Below, in pieces: positions 8,807 to 18,718 of a stretch of 50,630 nt of DNA; within the stretch, counting starts at the first letter, position 1, and every line of letters begins with the position of its first letter. Both the position numbers and the translations under genes were made by a program. The DNA comes from Verrucomicrobiaceae bacterium (GTDB taxonomy: Bacteria; Verrucomicrobiota; Verrucomicrobiia; Verrucomicrobiales; Akkermansiaceae): the NCBI GenBank assembly GCA_051252135.1, contig JBPOGH010000023.1, forward strand, positions 1 to 50,630, in the 5' to 3' direction. The notes under the pieces were generated by a model. It saw nothing but the letters and a program-made list of their open reading frames with translations. It ran no database searches and was not told the origin of the DNA.

Positions 8807-9502
8807 TTACTTGCGGCGTCGTGCGAGGAGGCCGAGGCTGGCGAGACCGGTCAGGAGGGCTGATCCGGGTTCGGGGACGGAGACGATTTCGACGTAGTCG
8901 ATCTCGAAGTTTCCGGCGGCGTTGTTTCCGATGGGGTCGAAGCGGAAGTTGTTGATGTCGGTGCCACCGAGTCCCGGGGCGCTGGAGAGATCGAGAGTCA
9001 TGAGCTGCCAGTTATCGGCTTGGGCAGAGAGGGTCATGTTGTAGGTGTCGGAGGCGTAGATTCCGCCGGTGCCTGCGTAGGTTTGGGTGCTGATGCCACC
9101 TGCTGCGGGAGTGCGGTTCTGGAGGGTGCCGTTGAAGAAGAGGATGAGGCCGGTGTTGGAGAAGGGTGCGCTGGCGACGCCCGCTTCACCGGGGTTGTCG
9201 TTGAGCTGGCGGAAGCGGATGGAGAAGGTGGACCAGACATCTCCGCCGGGGAGAACTGCGGTGTTGCTGCCGAAGCTGATCTGGGGATCGCCCTCGATAT
9301 CCGAGGAGGTGAGGACGCCGGTGGTGCCATCGATCCCGAGGGCTGCTTTGAATCCGGTGACCACGGCGCCTGCGGATGGTCCGGTGGAAGCGGTGAAGTT
9401 TTCGGTGTCGCCCGGGGTGTTGAAGCCGTAGGTGAGGACGACTGCGGAGGCGAACTGGGTGCCCAAGGCAGCCACGGAGAGACTGAGGATTGATTTGATC
9501 AT
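8807..9502 (-). CDS. PEP-CTERM sorting-domain protein carrying one CBM-like beta-sandwich domain
   Basis: Signal peptide MIKSILSLSVAALGTQFASA. C-terminal VPEPGSALLTGLASLGLLARRRK (PEP, transmembrane helix, basic tail). Confidence 0.92.
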   Translation of the reverse strand: MIKSILSLSVAALGTQFASAVVLTYGFNTPGDTENFTASTGPSAGAVVTGFKAALGIDGTTGVLTSSDIEGDPQISFGSNTAVLPGGDVWSTFSIRFRQLNDNPGEAGVASAPFSNTGLILFFNGTLQNRTPAAGGISTQTYAGTGGIYASDTYNMTLSAQADNWQLMTLDLSSAPGLGGTDINNFRFDPIGNNAAGNFEIDYVEIVSVPEPGSALLTGLASLGLLARRRK

Positions 9503-9591
9503 GATCGGGATGGGTTTCGTAGTGGGGTTTGGGGCACAACTGTCCCCTAAACATGGGACAGGGGTAGCATGCGAAAACGACAATACGAGAG

Positions 9592-9615
9592 GTTTCTTAA
9601 GAAATGTTTCTTAAG
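9592..9615. promoter_or_regulatory. Candidate transcription-factor site between the divergent PEP-CTERM and gntP genes
   Basis: Perfect palindrome TTTCTTAAGAAA (9593-9604) and direct repeat GTTTCTTAAG at 9592 and 9606. Confidence 0.4.
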
Positions 9616-9725
9616 GGGTTTAAGAGGTGTCCGGATCTGTAGGAATTTGACATTGGGAATGGAGCGTCAGCTGGAAAAGGTGACTTGAAGCTTGGCGTGG
9701 GGAAGGGGAGCAGGGAAAGTGCGGG

Positions 9726-11153
9726 ATGCACATTATGGCAGCCGGAGCGGCGGACGTGAGCACGGGATGGTTGATCGGGACCCTGGTGGCGGCGATTGCG
9801 CTGATATTGTTCCTGATTTTGAAGTGGCGGGTGCAGGCGTTTATTGCGTTGTTGCTGGCAAGTGTTTTTACGGGAGTGGTTTCGGGGACGATGGAGCTGA
9901 CGGAGGTGGGGAATACGATTGTGTCCGGGATGGGATCGAGTTTGGGGTTTATTGCGACGATCATCGGGATGGGTGCGATTTTTGGGGCGATGATTGAGCA
10001 CAGCGGTGGGGCGCAGAGTTTGGCGAACGGGTTGTTGCGGATTTTTGGGGAGAAGCGGGCGAATTGGGCGATGTTGATGACGGGATTTTTGATTTCGATT
10101 CCGGTGTTTCTGGATGTGGCGCTCGTGATTATCGCGCCGATTCTTTATGCGCTCTCGCGGCGGACGGGGCGGTCGTTGTTGTGCTTTGGTCTGCCGCTGC
10201 TGGCGGGGATGGTGGTGACGCATTCCTTTGTGCCGCCGACGCCGGGGCCGACGTGGGTGGCGTATGAGCTGGGGATTCCGATTGGGACGGTGATTCTTTA
10301 CAGTGTGTTGGTGGGTCTGCCGACGGCGATCATTTCGGGGATTTTTATCGGGGGACGGATCGCGGATAAGATCGACATTGATCCGCCGGAGTTGTTGGAG
10401 GCGGAGGAGGAGAATCCGCCGTCATTTGGGATGATTGCGATCATCCTGCTGCTGCCGATCATTCTGATTGTGGCGGGATCGCTGGTGGAGCAGTCGGTGG
10501 GAGCGGGGATTGCGGAGGGGTTGAGCAAGGCGGAGATGTCGGCGGAGATGGGGATTTTGATGAAGGCGGCGCCAGGGTGGCAGCAGGGAGTGGCGTTTTT
10601 GGGGCATCCGATTATGGCCTTGTTGCTCTCGACGGTGCTGACGCTGTGGGTGTTGGGAACGAAGCGCGGGGTGGCAAAGGATCAGCTGATGGAGGTGTCG
10701 ACGCGGGCCTTGGGTCCGGCGGGGATTATTATTTTGATTACGGGAGCGGGTGGTGTTTTCAAGGGGATGCTGGGGAAGACGGGGGTGGGTGATGCGTTGG
10801 CGGAGATGTTGGGAGGGCTGGGGGTGACTCCGGTGATTTTGGCGTTTTTGTTCTCGGCGATTTCGCGGATTGCGCAGGGGTCGGCGACGGTGGCGATGGT
10901 GATGGCGGCGTCGTTGATGTCTCCGCTGTTGCTGCAGATGGATTTGTCGGATGCGAAGTTGTCGCTGGTGGTGGTGGCGATTGCGAGTGGGGCGGCGGGG
11001 TTCTCGCATGTGAATGACAGCGGGTTCTGGATGGTGAGTCGATATTTCCGGATGAGCGAGAAGCAGACCTTTCAAACGTGGAGTTTGGTGTCGACGGCGG
11101 TGGGGATTATCGGGGTGACCTTTGCTTCGCTGCTCTGGCTGGTGGTGGCATGA
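9726..11153 (+). CDS. gntP: GntP-family gluconate:H+ symporter
   Basis: Polytopic membrane protein with GntP motifs IPVF.DV, HSFVPPTPGP, ITGAGGVF, RIAQGSATVA and SHVNDSGFW. Confidence 0.9.
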   Translation: MHIMAAGAADVSTGWLIGTLVAAIALILFLILKWRVQAFIALLLASVFTGVVSGTMELTEVGNTIVSGMGSSLGFIATIIGMGAIFGAMIEHSGGAQSLANGLLRIFGEKRANWAMLMTGFLISIPVFLDVALVIIAPILYALSRRTGRSLLCFGLPLLAGMVVTHSFVPPTPGPTWVAYELGIPIGTVILYSVLVGLPTAIISGIFIGGRIADKIDIDPPELLEAEEENPPSFGMIAIILLLPIILIVAGSLVEQSVGAGIAEGLSKAEMSAEMGILMKAAPGWQQGVAFLGHPIMALLLSTVLTLWVLGTKRGVAKDQLMEVSTRALGPAGIIILITGAGGVFKGMLGKTGVGDALAEMLGGLGVTPVILAFLFSAISRIAQGSATVAMVMAASLMSPLLLQMDLSDAKLSLVVVAIASGAAGFSHVNDSGFWMVSRYFRMSEKQTFQTWSLVSTAVGIIGVTFASLLWLVVA

Positions 11154-11632
11154 AGACGGAATACGTCATTGTGATGGGGGTGAGCGGGTGTGGGAAATCC
11201 ACGCTCGGGCGCGCGCTGGCGGAGAAGGCGGGCGGGGTGTTTGTGGAGGGTGATGATTTTCACCCGCCGGAGAATGTGGCGAAGATGAGTGCGGGCGTGC
11301 CTCTCAATGATGGGGATCGTGCAGGGTGGCTGGAGGCGCTTGCGGGGGAGATGCGAAGGGCGGAGGGGCGGCCGGTGGTGGTGTCGTGCTCGGCGCTGAA
11401 GGAAAAATATCGCGAGGTGTTGCGGGTGAATGAGGAGGTGAGGTTTGTTTATTTGGAGGGGACGGAGGCCGAGTTGCAGGCGCGGCTGGTGGCGAGGACG
11501 GATCATTTCATGCCGGCGAGTCTGTTGAGGTCGCAGCTGGAGACGCTGGAGGTGCCCGAGGATGCGGTGCGGGTGCCGATTGAGCTGCCGACGGAGGAGA
11601 TGGTGGAGGTGGTGATGGGTGAGCTGGAGTGA
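11150..11632 (+). CDS. gntK: Gluconokinase (GntK/IdnK type)
   Basis: VMGVSGCGKST P-loop, EGDDFHP..NV.KM..G.PL.D.DR..WL, CSALK..YR and HFMP.SLL.SQ..TLE. ATGA overlap with gntP. Confidence 0.92.
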   Translation: MKTEYVIVMGVSGCGKSTLGRALAEKAGGVFVEGDDFHPPENVAKMSAGVPLNDGDRAGWLEALAGEMRRAEGRPVVVSCSALKEKYREVLRVNEEVRFVYLEGTEAELQARLVARTDHFMPASLLRSQLETLEVPEDAVRVPIELPTEEMVEVVMGELE

Positions 11633-11679
11633 GGGTTTTGCCTCGTCGAGGGGGTGATTTTCGAGCAAGGGTAGAGGTG

Positions 11680-12600
11680 ATGAAGGGTTTGATCATTTTG
11701 ATGTGCTTGTTGGTGGCGACATTTGCGGGAGCGGAGGAGGCGCGCCGGACGTGGACGTCGACCGATGACCGGAGCTTTGAGGGGAAGTTTATCTCGGCGA
11801 CGGAGGCGGAGGTGAAGATCAATAAGAATGGACGAACGGTAACGGTGCCGCTGACGATGTTGTCGGAAAGCGATCGGGAATACGTGAAGGGGAAGTTGGC
11901 GGAGGCGACGCTGGCGGAGCGGGACTTTGAGACGAGTGCGTTTGCGGAGATGATCAAGGGGGAGTGGGTGAAGGTTCCGAAAGAGCGGTATGGGTTGGTG
12001 TTTCAAGTTTATGGGACGAAGAAGATGACGCGGTCGAAGGAGCCGGTGCCGATTTTTCTTCATCTTCATGGAGCGGGAGCGCGGGCGGATGATGTGGAGG
12101 CGGGGAAGGTGGAGATTGCGCCGGAGATGGTGATCAAAGAGGACCAGTATAAGAAGAACCCCTGTCTGGTGATTGTGCCGCTTTGCCCTCCGGACACGGG
12201 TTGGGGTGATCAGGTGGGTAAGCTGGAGGCGATACTTGATGAGTTGATCAGGACGACGCCGGTGGATCCAAAGCGGATTTATATTTCGGGATATTCGATG
12301 GGGGCGCGTGGGTGTGATTCGTTGATCAAGTCGCGTCCGAAGTTTTATGCGGCGGCGCTTTTTGCGGATGGCGATGCCAACCGGAAGTGGGTGGAGACGA
12401 CGGATACGGCGTTGTGGTTGGTTTACTCGGGTGAGCGGGATCTGAAGAAGGCCGAGGAGGTGGCCAAGGCGTATCAGGAAGCGGGGAAGGTGGCTCATTT
12501 TGAGGGCTTTCCGGATGCGACACACAATCAGATTCACTGGAAACTGGCGAAGGATGAAAAGGTGTTTCCGTGGATGTTTGAGCAGGTGCGGGGGAAGTGA
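11680..12600 (+). CDS. Secreted SHD1-domain alpha/beta hydrolase (esterase/peptidase-like)
   Basis: Signal peptide and SHD1-like RTWTS....FEGKF...VPL..LSESDREYV. Hydrolase motifs LHGAG and D.KRIY.SGYSMG, with Asp and His candidates near the C-terminus. Confidence 0.75.
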   Translation: MKGLIILMCLLVATFAGAEEARRTWTSTDDRSFEGKFISATEAEVKINKNGRTVTVPLTMLSESDREYVKGKLAEATLAERDFETSAFAEMIKGEWVKVPKERYGLVFQVYGTKKMTRSKEPVPIFLHLHGAGARADDVEAGKVEIAPEMVIKEDQYKKNPCLVIVPLCPPDTGWGDQVGKLEAILDELIRTTPVDPKRIYISGYSMGARGCDSLIKSRPKFYAAALFADGDANRKWVETTDTALWLVYSGERDLKKAEEVAKAYQEAGKVAHFEGFPDATHNQIHWKLAKDEKVFPWMFEQVRGK

Positions 12601-12832
12601 GGGTGTGATTTTTGAAAAGTATTGAGACCGCCGGAGCCGAAGGATGGTGATCGGAAGTCGCATCCCCCCGGGGTTGTTCCTCGAGACGGGTTGTGCAGTG
12701 GATGAGGAATTTCTTCATGGGGAGTCATTTTTCGACATTTCCGTCGTTGAAGTTAGAATTCGGTGTTGAGATCCTGACGAGGAAGAGGAAGGGGCCTTTT
12801 TGTTCGTTAGTTTCACTCTTGCCGGCAGTATT

Positions 12833-15562
12833 ATGACAGTGAACCGACCGTTGATCAGAATAGTTTTGTGCTATGCGCTTTTGCAGAGTGCGGAAGCGGT
12901 ATTGGTTGATTTTGAGAAGGAGATTGCGCCCATTTTTGAGGAGACCTGTCTAGATTGTCATGGGCCGGACAAGCAGAAGTCAAACTTCCGGGTCGATCAG
13001 CGGGCCCGCATGCTCAAGGGTGGAGATTCGGGGTTGGCGGCGATTGTTCCGGGTGACACGAAGAAGAGTTATCTGATCGAACTCATCAGCGATCATGAGT
13101 CGGATATGGCCATGCCCCCAAAGGGCGATCCGTTGACGGAGGGGGAAATTGCTCTGATCACCCAATGGATTGAGGAAGGTGCGGAGTGGCCGGGACAAAT
13201 GGATCAGGTTCTGGAGACGACGACGGATCATTGGTCTTTTCAGAAGGTGAAGCGTCCTGAGATTCCGGCGGGAGCGGACCATCCGGTGGACGCGTTTTTG
13301 AATCGGGAGCTGGAGAAGGCGGGACTGACGCCCAATCCGCAGGCGGATGCCCGGACGTTGATTCGGCGGGCGTCGAATATTTTGACCGGTCTGATGCCGA
13401 AGCCGGAGGAGGTGGCGGCGTTTGAGGAAGCTTTCGGACAGGATGGGGATCAAGCTTACGGGGCGTTGGTGGACCGGTTGCTTGCATCGGAGCATTTTGG
13501 AGAACGTTGGGCGCAGCATTGGCTGGATGTGATTCGTTGGGCGGAGACGAATGGATCGGAGGCGAATCTTTATCGCAAGGGGGCGTGGATTTACCGGGAT
13601 TATGTGGTGCGCGCGTTCAATGGGGATGTTCCTTATGATGAATTTTTGACCGAGCAGCTTGCAGGTGACCAACTGGGGGTGGGGGAAGCGACGGGGTTTT
13701 TGGTGGCGGGGCCGCATGTTCCGGCAGCGACGGTGGGGCGGGAGCCAACCGCGATTCGGCAGGCCCGTGCGGATCGCATGGATGAGGTGATGCAGACGGT
13801 GGGGGCCTCGATGCTGGGAGTGACGGTGAGCTGCGCGCGCTGTCACAACCATAAGTTCGATCCGATTTCGATTCAGGATTATTACTCGATGACAGCGGTG
13901 TTTCAGGGGGTGGAATTTGGAGGGCGGTATCCTGAATTTTCGGAGGACCATCCCCGGCGGAAGCGAGCGGCAGAGCTTTACCCGCAGTTGAATGCGGAGC
14001 GAAAAATTCTGCGCAAGGAGACGGGAAACTGGGAGGAAGACTGGGGAGGTTATTCCGATATGGTGTTTCCCAAAACAAAGACGGGAGCCTTACGAATTGA
14101 GTTTGATCGGGCGCAGGTCAGGCTTGATGAGCTGGAGGTTTTTGGTCCGGCGGATTACCGGGACAATCTTGCGGCGGCATCACGGGGCACGGTGCTTGCG
14201 GAGGACCCTGATTGTGAGGTTGAAGGCAGCAAGGTGTGGAAAGCGAACGACGGGGAGTACGGGACGATGGTGTGGAAAGGCTTTGCGCCAAAGGGGAGCA
14301 AGAAGAAGCCGTGGGTGGAGGTGCGTTTTACCGAGCCGCAAGAAGTGAATCGTTTCCGCTTCAGCTCCAATCGTGAGTATTATTTTGAGACCGATTACCT
14401 CGATACCAATAGTGGAAATTTTCCGGGGTATCGTATTTTGGCCCAAGAAGACGACGGGAGCTGGGTGGAAGTGGGAGGTACGAAATCCGCACGAGCTGCG
14501 CTGGCGGAAAATGGCGAGTTGAAAGACGCATCGGACCGACTGCACGAGGCGATCAATTCACTTGCCGAAGAAGGCCCGCAGCATTCTTTTATCGGGCGTT
14601 TCATCAAGCCGGTAGTGACGAAAGTGTTGAGCCGGGGAAGTCCCGAGAATCCGCGTGACGAAGTGCCACCCTCGGGGTTTGAGGTGATCGATGGTGATCT
14701 GGGTCTCGACTCCACGACACCCGATGCAAAGAGACGGCTGGCTTTTGCAAAATGGCTCACCGATCCCGAGCATCCTCTTACCGCGCGAGTGATGATGAAC
14801 CGTGTGTGGCATCATGTTTTTGGGGCGGGGATTGTACCGACGACGTCGGACTTTGGGATCGCCGGGGCGCCACCGACCCACCCCGAGTTGCTTGATTTTC
14901 TGGCTTCCGAGTTTGTGGAAAAGGAATGGTCTACCAAGGCGATGATCCGCTTGCTGGTGACGTCAGAGGTATTTAAGCGATCCAGTCTCCCGGAGAGTTT
15001 GGCATTGGAAAAAGATGCCAATGCGGCACTCCTTTGGCGATATCCGCCCCGAAGGGTGGAGGCGGAGGTGATCCGTGATGGCATTCTGCAAGCATCCGGA
15101 AAACTGGACACGAGCATCGGAGGCCGGGGATTCCGGATTCACAATGAGAAGAAGACCTATGCGCAATGGGAGGTCGTCGACAACCACGGTCCCGCGACCT
15201 GGCGGCGCATGATCTATCAGGAGCGGATGCGCCGGGTGGACGATCAAATGTTTACCGCTTTTGATTTCCCCGATTGCGGTCAGGTCCGTGCGAAGCGTCC
15301 GGTGTCCACCACTCCGCTTCAGGCTTTGAATTTGATGAACAGCGCCTTTGTCATCGAGCAGGCAGGCTTTGTTGCCGAGCGCGCGAGAAAGGAGTCTGAC
15401 GGAACGATGCCATCTGCCATCCAGCGGGCATTTCAATTGATGCTCAATCGCGATGCAACCATTGATGAGCTTTCTGCGGCGGAAGAAGTAGCCGAGGCAA
15501 GCGGTCTCGAAATTGTGTGCCGTTCTCTTATCAATTCGAACGAATTTGGTTTTCTCCAGTAG
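12833..15562 (+). CDS. Planctomycete-type cytochrome c / DUF1549 / DUF1553 (PSD1) protein
   Basis: VDFEKEIAPIF...CLDCHG, MPPKG, HWSF, GERWAQHWLDV.R, CARCHNHKFDPI, PLTARV..NRVW..FG.G.V.T..DFG, PTHPELLD.LA and PLQAL.LMN. Confidence 0.9.
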   Translation: MTVNRPLIRIVLCYALLQSAEAVLVDFEKEIAPIFEETCLDCHGPDKQKSNFRVDQRARMLKGGDSGLAAIVPGDTKKSYLIELISDHESDMAMPPKGDPLTEGEIALITQWIEEGAEWPGQMDQVLETTTDHWSFQKVKRPEIPAGADHPVDAFLNRELEKAGLTPNPQADARTLIRRASNILTGLMPKPEEVAAFEEAFGQDGDQAYGALVDRLLASEHFGERWAQHWLDVIRWAETNGSEANLYRKGAWIYRDYVVRAFNGDVPYDEFLTEQLAGDQLGVGEATGFLVAGPHVPAATVGREPTAIRQARADRMDEVMQTVGASMLGVTVSCARCHNHKFDPISIQDYYSMTAVFQGVEFGGRYPEFSEDHPRRKRAAELYPQLNAERKILRKETGNWEEDWGGYSDMVFPKTKTGALRIEFDRAQVRLDELEVFGPADYRDNLAAASRGTVLAEDPDCEVEGSKVWKANDGEYGTMVWKGFAPKGSKKKPWVEVRFTEPQEVNRFRFSSNREYYFETDYLDTNSGNFPGYRILAQEDDGSWVEVGGTKSARAALAENGELKDASDRLHEAINSLAEEGPQHSFIGRFIKPVVTKVLSRGSPENPRDEVPPSGFEVIDGDLGLDSTTPDAKRRLAFAKWLTDPEHPLTARVMMNRVWHHVFGAGIVPTTSDFGIAGAPPTHPELLDFLASEFVEKEWSTKAMIRLLVTSEVFKRSSLPESLALEKDANAALLWRYPPRRVEAEVIRDGILQASGKLDTSIGGRGFRIHNEKKTYAQWEVVDNHGPATWRRMIYQERMRRVDDQMFTAFDFPDCGQVRAKRPVSTTPLQALNLMNSAFVIEQAGFVAERARKESDGTMPSAIQRAFQLMLNRDATIDELSAAEEVAEASGLEIVCRSLINSNEFGFLQ

Positions 15563-15564
15563 TT

Positions 15565-17052
15565 ATGAATCACGCCGAACATATTTCCTCCCAAGGACGT
15601 CACCTTCTGGACCGACGCAACTTCATGCGAGGCACGGGATTTGCGCTTGGGAGCCTTGGGCTGGCCCAACTCCTGGCGGAAGACGACCCTACTGCTTTCA
15701 GCGGGAAGACGCCATTGCGCCCCCAGATTGATTCCGACGAACCCTACGCTTCCCGTGGATCGCATTATGAATCGAAGGCCAAGCGGGTGCTGGTCATTTC
15801 ACTGCCCGGAGCGGTGAGTCATGTGGATACCTTCGACTACAAGCCTGATCTCTATAAGTTCCATGGGCAAAAACCGCCCGGGATTCCGGAAGTTACCTTT
15901 GAAGGGCCGACCGGAAATATTGCCAAGCCGTTTTGGGATTTTAAGCCCCGGGGTGAGTCGGGGAAGATGGTCTCCGACCTCCTGCCCCATCTTGGTAGTC
16001 ACGTGGATGAATTTTGTTTTCTTCATGCCCTGACGACCCAGACGAGTGCTCATCCGCAAGGAGAGAACTTTATCAATACGGGGTTTACGATGGAAGGGTT
16101 TCCCTCGTTTGGCTCCTGGGTGACCTATGCCCTGGGTTCGGAGTGCAACGATTTACCGGCCTTCGTGGCGATCAATGATCCGCGTGGGATGGCGCGTTCG
16201 GGTAAGAACAATTTTGGAAGCGGTTTTTTGCCGGCTTCTTTTCAAGGGACTGACTTTAATGCGAAGAATCCCCCTGCCAACTTGCGGCGGCCTCCCGGTT
16301 TGACCTCGGCAGATGATGTGAGGACGGTTGACTTTCTCAAGCGTCTCAACAGCCGCCATTTGGAAAAATACCCTGGCGATGCGGACTTGGCGGCCCGCAT
16401 TGCGAGTTATGAATTGGCCGGGCAGATGCAAACCTCGGTCCCGGAGGTGATGGAGATTTCCGGCGAGCCCGAATCGATTCACAAGGAGTATGGAACCGAC
16501 ACCGGAACCGAATTGAAGCGCGAGTATGCCAAGAATTGTATCCTTGCCCGTCGTCTACTTGAGAAAGGGGTGCGGGTGGTGCAGCTCTTCAACGGTTCGG
16601 ATCCCTCGGGTGGAAATGGCATCACCAACTGGGATTCCCATTCCAACATCAAAGACACCCATGGCATGCAGGCGGAGATTATGGATCAGCCGACCGGTGC
16701 ACTCATTGCTGATCTGAAACGCCGGGGCATGCTGGAAGATACGCTCATTGTTTGGGCCACCGAGTTCGGGCGGATGCCGTTCTTGCAGGGCAATGGGACC
16801 GGACGTGATCATAATCCTGATGCCTTCACCTGTTTCCTTGCCGGAGCAGGAGTGAAGAAGGCGCATAGCTATGGTGAGAGCGATCGCTTCGGCTTCAAGG
16901 CCGAGAAAAATCCCACTTCCGTTTACGATTTCAACGCGACCATTCTGCACCTCATGGGCCTCGATCACGAGCGACTTAGTTTTTACCACAACGGCCTAGA
17001 GCGTCGTCTGACCAATGTGCACGGGCATGTTATTGAGGACGTCCTTGCATAA
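15565..17052 (+). CDS. DUF1501 domain protein (Tat signal)
   Basis: RRNFM Tat motif, GA.SHVDTFDYKP, CILARRL.E.GVR.VQ, WDSH, EFGRMP, GRDHNP, and terminal RLTNVHG.VI. Standard partner of PSD1 proteins. Confidence 0.9.
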   Translation: MNHAEHISSQGRHLLDRRNFMRGTGFALGSLGLAQLLAEDDPTAFSGKTPLRPQIDSDEPYASRGSHYESKAKRVLVISLPGAVSHVDTFDYKPDLYKFHGQKPPGIPEVTFEGPTGNIAKPFWDFKPRGESGKMVSDLLPHLGSHVDEFCFLHALTTQTSAHPQGENFINTGFTMEGFPSFGSWVTYALGSECNDLPAFVAINDPRGMARSGKNNFGSGFLPASFQGTDFNAKNPPANLRRPPGLTSADDVRTVDFLKRLNSRHLEKYPGDADLAARIASYELAGQMQTSVPEVMEISGEPESIHKEYGTDTGTELKREYAKNCILARRLLEKGVRVVQLFNGSDPSGGNGITNWDSHSNIKDTHGMQAEIMDQPTGALIADLKRRGMLEDTLIVWATEFGRMPFLQGNGTGRDHNPDAFTCFLAGAGVKKAHSYGESDRFGFKAEKNPTSVYDFNATILHLMGLDHERLSFYHNGLERRLTNVHGHVIEDVLA

Positions 17053-17057
17053 CCCCC

Positions 17058-18662
17058 ATGATGAAAATTCTCCTCTTTTCGATTCTCTGTGTTTCGGCGT
17101 CCCTGCATGCCGCCAAGAAGCCCAATGTTCTTTTCATCGCGATTGATGACCTGCGGCCCGAGTTGGGTTGCTACGGTTCTGAAATCGCGGTGACACCGAA
17201 TATCGACAGGTTGGCCTCGCGGGGTCTTCTGTTCACACGGGCCTATTGTCAGCAGGCGATTTGCTCGCCATCGCGCGCCTCGATCATGACCGGCACCCGC
17301 CCTGACACGAACGGGGTGATCGAAAACTACACCTATTTTCGAGATGCCAATCCGGACATCATCACGCTCCCCCAGCATTTCCGCTCCCACGGGTACGAGA
17401 CGGTGAACATGGGGAAAATTTACCACGGGAGGTATAACGACGCCGAGAAATCATGGTCCCGTCCTCCGGCAAACAAGCTGGTCAAGACCCGTCCCATTCC
17501 CGGAGGCTATGGCCTTCCCGAGAACCAAAAAATCCAGAGGGATAATCGAGCAGCCCTCACGAAAAAGTATGGCAAGGATAAGGTGGGTGGCCTCACGTCA
17601 AGTGGTCCTGCCTTCGAGGGGGCGGACGTGCCGGATCATTCTTTTGTCGACGGCCATTCCGCCCGGCTTGCCATTGCCACGTTGAACCAACACCTTTCCG
17701 CCAAACCGGAGCAGCCCCTTTTTATGGCTCTCGGTTTTTCCAAGCCGCACCTTCATTTCATTGCGCCCAAGAAATATTGGGATCTCTATGATCCTGAGAA
17801 AGTCCCAGTCGCTGCCCACCCCGATCCGCCCAAGGACGGTGCCGCGACAGGCCTGCATGCCAGCTTTGAGCTACGTGTTCGCCATGGGATTCCCAAGACG
17901 GGCGACATGGGCCCGGAGCTTTCCCGCACGTTGATGCACGCCTACCTGGCCTGTGCCTCTTACGTCGACGCCCAGATTGGGATGGTTCTCGATGAACTTG
18001 ACCGCTCCGGGCAGCGTGACAATACCATCATCATGCTTTGGGGTGATCATGGCTGGCACCTCGGCGACATGGGTATCTGGGGGAAGGCCACCAATTACGA
18101 GATCGCCACCCGTGTTCCCTTCATCGTTCAAGCTCCGGGGATGAGTAACGGGGTGGGCAGGAAAAGCGATTCCCTCGTGGAACTTCTCGACATGTATCCC
18201 ACCCTTTGCGATCTCGCCGGAATTCCCATTCCGGATCATCTCGAAGGAAAGTCTCTTAGGCCGATCCTCGAAAATCCGGAATCCGAGGTCAAAGACTTTG
18301 CCCTCAGCCAGTATCCCAATCCCGCACTTCGCGAGTGGGCTGCCAATCCGCTTGCGCCTGCGATGCGAGAGACCTTTTTTGGCCCTCTCATTTCCGAGGT
18401 GGAGGGGCGGATCATCGAGCAGATGGGTGATCGGTGGGATCGGGACCTCTTTGAAAATCATTTAATGGGCTATTCCCTGCGCACTGACCGGCATCGTTTC
18501 ATCGAGTGGCGGGACTACCGTGATCTCAGCAAGCCCGCGATCTATACGGAGCTCTACGATCACGAGGAAGACCCCGCCGAGACGGTCAACATCGCGGCGG
18601 AGAAACCCAAGATCGTCGAGGACCTCCGCACCAAGCTGGATGGTTTGATTCTCAAGGAGTGA
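17058..18662 (+). CDS. Sulfatase, iduronate-2-sulfatase-like
   Basis: PNVLFIAIDDLRPELGCYG, CSPSRAS, GKIYH, KPHL, GDHGWHLG and WGKATNYE. Confidence 0.9.
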   Translation: MMKILLFSILCVSASLHAAKKPNVLFIAIDDLRPELGCYGSEIAVTPNIDRLASRGLLFTRAYCQQAICSPSRASIMTGTRPDTNGVIENYTYFRDANPDIITLPQHFRSHGYETVNMGKIYHGRYNDAEKSWSRPPANKLVKTRPIPGGYGLPENQKIQRDNRAALTKKYGKDKVGGLTSSGPAFEGADVPDHSFVDGHSARLAIATLNQHLSAKPEQPLFMALGFSKPHLHFIAPKKYWDLYDPEKVPVAAHPDPPKDGAATGLHASFELRVRHGIPKTGDMGPELSRTLMHAYLACASYVDAQIGMVLDELDRSGQRDNTIIMLWGDHGWHLGDMGIWGKATNYEIATRVPFIVQAPGMSNGVGRKSDSLVELLDMYPTLCDLAGIPIPDHLEGKSLRPILENPESEVKDFALSQYPNPALREWAANPLAPAMRETFFGPLISEVEGRIIEQMGDRWDRDLFENHLMGYSLRTDRHRFIEWRDYRDLSKPAIYTELYDHEEDPAETVNIAAEKPKIVEDLRTKLDGLILKE

Positions 18663-18718
18663 CGATGGGGCGAATGGAATGCTCTTCCCATTCGAATCCA
18701 AGAAAATAGAGTTTCAAG

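Noticed and set aside
12601..12832. Small ORFs (12326-12718, 12534-12728) and the near-palindrome ATGAGGAATTTCTTCAT
   Set aside because: The ORFs overlap the hydrolase antisense and have no motifs. The palindrome is single and weak.
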